Positions 5,240-6,808 of a stretch of 6,808 bases of DNA are shown here, piece after piece (the first letter of the stretch is position 1; each line of letters begins with the position of its first letter). This DNA is from a virus. The translations under genes were made by a program, and so were the position numbers. A model generated the notes under the pieces. That model worked only from the letters and a program-made list of their open reading frames with translations, ran no database searches and was not told where the DNA came from. The DNA lies in the IMG/VR virus record IMGVR_UViG_3300045988_051146, positions 1 through 6,808 of that record; one strand, given 5' to 3'.

Positions 5240-5367
5240 AATTCATAGTCTGTTCACACAAATGCGTATCTTTGGACACAATTCCGGGGTAGACTCTGAG
5301 TCAAGAAAAGCAAAGGAAGGCAAGCTCCCGAGGCTTTCCAAATCTCGAATTTTCGGAGGTATTCATT

Positions 5368-5808
5368 ATGTTTGAACTGAGACCTTACCGCAACAATAAC
5401 CACATGACCACCTATGACCCGTTCCGCGACATGGAGGCGCTGGAGCGCGCGTTCTTCGGCAACCGCGACTTCCTCGGCGACGTCGGCACGTTCAAGACCG
5501 ACATTCAGGACAAGGGCGACCATTACCTGCTCGAGGCCGATCTGCCCGGCATGAAGAAGGAGGACATTGCCATCGACATCGACGGCGACAACCTGACCAT
5601 CAAGGCCGAGCGCAGGAACGAGCACGAGGAGAAGGACAAGAGCTACGTCCGCTGCGAGCGCAGCTACGGCAGCTACGCGAGGAGCTTCGATATCTCCGGC
5701 ATCAAGGCCGAGGGCATCAAGGCCAGCTACAACGACGGCGTGCTGAGCCTGACGCTGCCGAAGAAGGACGTCGAGGTCTCCGGCAGCCGGAGACTGGCGA
5801 TCGAGTGA
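5368..5808 (+). CDS. hsp20: Small heat-shock protein, Hsp20/alpha-crystallin family (Clostridial Hsp18-like)
   Basis: The ORF encodes 146 aa. The alpha-crystallin domain pattern is DIQDKGDHYLLEADLPGMKKEDIAIDIDGDNLTIKAERR ... YVRCERSYGSYARSFDISGI ... ASYNDGVLSLTLPKK. GGAGGT lies 7 nt upstream of the ATG. The strongly GC3-biased codon usage is unlike the phage genes. Confidence 0.92.
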   Translation: MFELRPYRNNNHMTTYDPFRDMEALERAFFGNRDFLGDVGTFKTDIQDKGDHYLLEADLPGMKKEDIAIDIDGDNLTIKAERRNEHEEKDKSYVRCERSYGSYARSFDISGIKAEGIKASYNDGVLSLTLPKKDVEVSGSRRLAIE

Positions 5809-5812
5809 GATC

Positions 5813-5909
5813 TGCCGCCTGAGGGCGGCACGACATTTGCCGCCTGACGGCGGCGCCACATTTGCCGCTTGACAGCGGCGCCACATTTGCCGCCTGACGG
5901 CGGCACGAC
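5813..5909 (+). repeat. 3.9 tandem copies of a 25-nt unit, each carrying a 6-bp GC hairpin, in the hsp20 3' region
   Basis: Units occupy 5813..5837, 5838..5862, 5863..5887 and 5888..5909 (the last partial). The unit is TGCCGCCTGACGGCGGC(G/A)C(C/G)ACATT. Unit 3 carries a compensatory pair change (GCCGCT...AGCGGC) that preserves the stem. Confidence 0.85.
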
Positions 5910-5948
5910 CAAAGGGGCCATTCTCTACCGTAGAGAATGACCCCTTTG
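5910..5948 (+). terminator. Long stem-loop, putative hsp20 terminator
   Basis: The arms are caaaggggccattctcta (5910..5927) and tagagaatgacccctttg (5931..5948), forming 18 bp with one C/A mismatch and a 3-nt loop. If the stem is taken as GGGGCC.../...GACCCC it is followed by only TTTG, a weak U-tract. Confidence 0.4.
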
Positions 5949-6389
5949 AAACCCCAAGAGAGCGCAAGGGGCTTTTCCACCGTCGCGGCACAGCGATTCC
6001 CGCGCCTCTTCGGGCGCGCCAATCGCGCCGCTTCCTCGAAACCGCCTCGCTTTTTCCGCCACCGGCGGCGCTTCGGCGCTTTCCCCTTGACCCCCGAACT
6101 GCGGCGGTCAAATCACCGTTCAGCAACCGTATGAGAGTGCGGCGGCGCGGCTTTCGATCTGGCCTGCTTCTCTTTCCGCTCAGCCGCTGCTGCGGTGCTG
6201 GTACGAGCTGCTGTTAAAAATTTCTTCCGAAACCCCACCGCAGAGCGGCAGCGGCCGCAAGGAGCAAGCCAAATCGAAAGCGGCAATAAGAAACTGCACG
6301 CACTCCTTTGCGCAGCGCGTGCAGCATCAGCCTTGCAGAGGCGGGCAATGGCAGGTCAAGGGCGCAGCCCTTGCGGTCTTGGGGAATCG

Positions 6390-6426
6390 AAAGGGGGCCA
6401 TTCTTCCGCTAAGAATGGCCCTCTTT
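6390..6426. repeat. Second member of the GGGGCCATTCT...AGAATGGCCC hairpin family (terminator-like)
   Basis: The arms are aaagggggccattctt (6390..6405) and aagaatggccctcttt (6411..6426), forming 16 bp with one G-U pair and loop ccgct. The arm sequence is closely related to the 5910..5948 hairpin. No credible gene ends here on either strand. Confidence 0.35.
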
Positions 6427-6528
6427 CCTTATGTGCCGCGCGCTCTGCGGCGGGGTGAGGGGCACGTTGCCGTTTGCCGTGCAACAAAAGGCCCCTGTGT
6501 GCCCCTCATTTAGAATCACTCGCTGCGG

Positions 6529-6565
6529 TGTAACAAAAATACAGGAATGTTACAGGTGAGTTACA
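6529..6565 (+). promoter_or_regulatory. Operator-like TGTAACA / TGTTACA inverted repeat plus an extra GTTACA, upstream of the 6581 promoter
   Basis: TGTAACA is at 6529..6535 and TGTTACA at 6548..6554, its exact reverse complement with a 12-nt spacer. A further GTTACA at 6560..6565 is 11 bp from the previous copy. The cluster ends 15 nt before the -35. Confidence 0.3.
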
Positions 6566-6580
6566 AATCGGCCAAAGCGG

Positions 6581-6609
6581 TTGACGGGCGGGAAAGCCGG
6601 GTGTAATAT
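6581..6609 (+). promoter_or_regulatory. Sigma-A/sigma-70-type promoter TTGACG - 17 nt - TAATAT, firing outward toward the right inverted repeat
   Basis: The -35 TTGACG is at 6581..6586, the spacer ggcgggaaagccgggtg is 17 nt, and the -10 TAATAT is at 6604..6609. The -35 and spacer length are the same as in the minus-strand promoter at 265..237. Confidence 0.55.
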
Positions 6610-6659
6610 GAGCATGCAATTGATGGTGGGCCAAGGTGAGTTCCCGGTTCAGTTACGGG

Positions 6660-6735
6660 AACGGCATGCCACGGTAAGTGGATCGAGAAACACCCAAAAA
6701 CACCTGATTTTGCAATACAAATCCGCGAATGGGGA
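6660..6735 (+). ncRNA. Candidate cis-regulatory leader; the 3' half resembles the THI-box of a TPP riboswitch (tentative)
   Basis: The region GAGAAACACCC-aaaaa-CACCUGAU-UUUG(caaua)CAAA-uccGCG-aaUGGGGA (6685..6735) parallels E. coli thiM GAGAAAUACCC-guau-CACCUGAU-CUGG(auaau)CCAG-CG-uAGGGAA. A P3-like hairpin CCAC-ggtaa-GTGG lies at 6669..6681. However, the near-invariant CUGAGA reads UCGAGA, and I cannot build convincing P1/P2 helices. Confidence 0.25.
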
Positions 6736-6808
6736 TACGATATCGCCTATTTAACCCGTTTTTGCAACATTTTCTCCGTTTTGCACAAAGGCAGGATTTT
6801 GACGGACG
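6729..6808. repeat. Right arm of the 80-bp imperfect inverted repeat (partner 1..80)
   Basis: It is the reverse complement of 1..80 with mismatches at 6753 and 6733. The inner 19 nt (6729..6747, ATGGGGATACGATATCGCC) are the core that recurs at 5004..4986. Confidence 0.9.

Noticed and set aside
4971-5292. Plus-strand ORF 4984..5292 (MGISYPHTFWEISK...) and minus-strand ORF 4971..5279 across the iteron region
   Set aside because: The repeated VD/RVD motifs are just GGGTAGAC iterons in frame. There is no SD. The ORF runs through CIRCE. The shared MGI start with the repeat-arm frame is a consequence of the shared 19-bp core nucleotides.
5360-5385. dif/Xer-like site (ATTATGTTTGAACT resembles the TTATGTAAACT XerD arm of Firmicute dif)
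   Set aside because: It is only a partial half-site match, it coincides with the hsp20 start codon, and no matching XerC arm or central region is present. The 19-bp core repeats also show no similarity to the dif consensus sequences I know.
5813-5909. Possible CRISPR array
   Set aside because: The 25-nt units are contiguous with no unique spacers, the unit is shorter than typical CRISPR repeats, and no cas genes are present. It is a plain tandem repeat.
5254-6126. 290-aa minus-strand ORF (and 5717..6022, 5727..5921) spanning hsp20 antisense and the tandem array
   Set aside because: It runs antisense to a confidently identified hsp20. The sequence is Arg/Ala/Gly-rich, with internal repeats that are simply the 25-nt array translated. 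Such ORFs are typical artefacts of high-GC DNA.
5937-6513. Plus-strand ORFs 5937..6134, 6195..6458 and 6319..6513
   Set aside because: They have no ribosome-binding sites, alternative or weak starts, and Arg/Ala/Gly-rich low-complexity products that pass straight through strong hairpins. I treat them as non-coding.
6641-6661. tRNA-like T-arm (ttcccGGTTCAGTTAcgggaa)
   Set aside because: The loop is 9 nt rather than 7. No acceptor, D or anticodon arms can be built around it. It is better explained as a leader hairpin.
1-6808. Terminal inverted repeats as ends of a linear, protein-primed phage or plasmid genome, or as evidence of a complete ITR genome
   Set aside because: The gene content is that of a circular rolling-circle ssDNA microvirus, with no polymerase or terminal protein. 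The perfect part of the repeat equals a common assembler k (55), which suggests a graph boundary rather than a physical DNA end.

Overview
All coordinates and counts come from hand reading of the sequence; no searches were run.

- **Microvirus module (about 81-5008).** The window holds a compact gokushovirus-like Microviridae gene set, entirely on the minus strand. In transcription order it is: a 34-aa hydrophobic peptide with its own promoter, Rep/VP4 (HUH rolling-circle initiator), a 37-aa basic J/ORF8-like peptide, a 44-52-aa coupled ORF, a VP5-like 83-aa protein, VP3 scaffold, VP1 major capsid and VP2 pilot. Two strong stem-loops follow VP2.
- **GC-rich host-like module (about 5040-6730).** The phage module abuts a compositionally different segment. 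It carries five GGGTAGAC iterons, a perfect CIRCE (HrcA) operator and a Clostridia-type Hsp20/alpha-crystallin gene on the plus strand. Downstream lie a 25-nt tandem hairpin array, about 770 bp with no credible ORF, and a near-consensus outward promoter followed by a structured leader whose 3' half resembles a TPP riboswitch.
- **Window ends.** The two ends form an 80-bp imperfect inverted repeat, with 55 nt perfect from each terminus.
- **Core repeat.** The inner 19 nt of that repeat occur a third time exactly at the phage/GC-rich junction. The roughly 4.92-kb phage unit is therefore bracketed by direct repeats.
- **Best reading.** This is a microvirus with no integrase, integrated or recombined next to a heat-shock locus of a high-GC Firmicute. 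Circularising at the core would rebuild one promoter-first operon.
- **Alternatives.** A chimeric assembly or a genuine hsp20-carrying oversized microvirus cannot be excluded from sequence alone.
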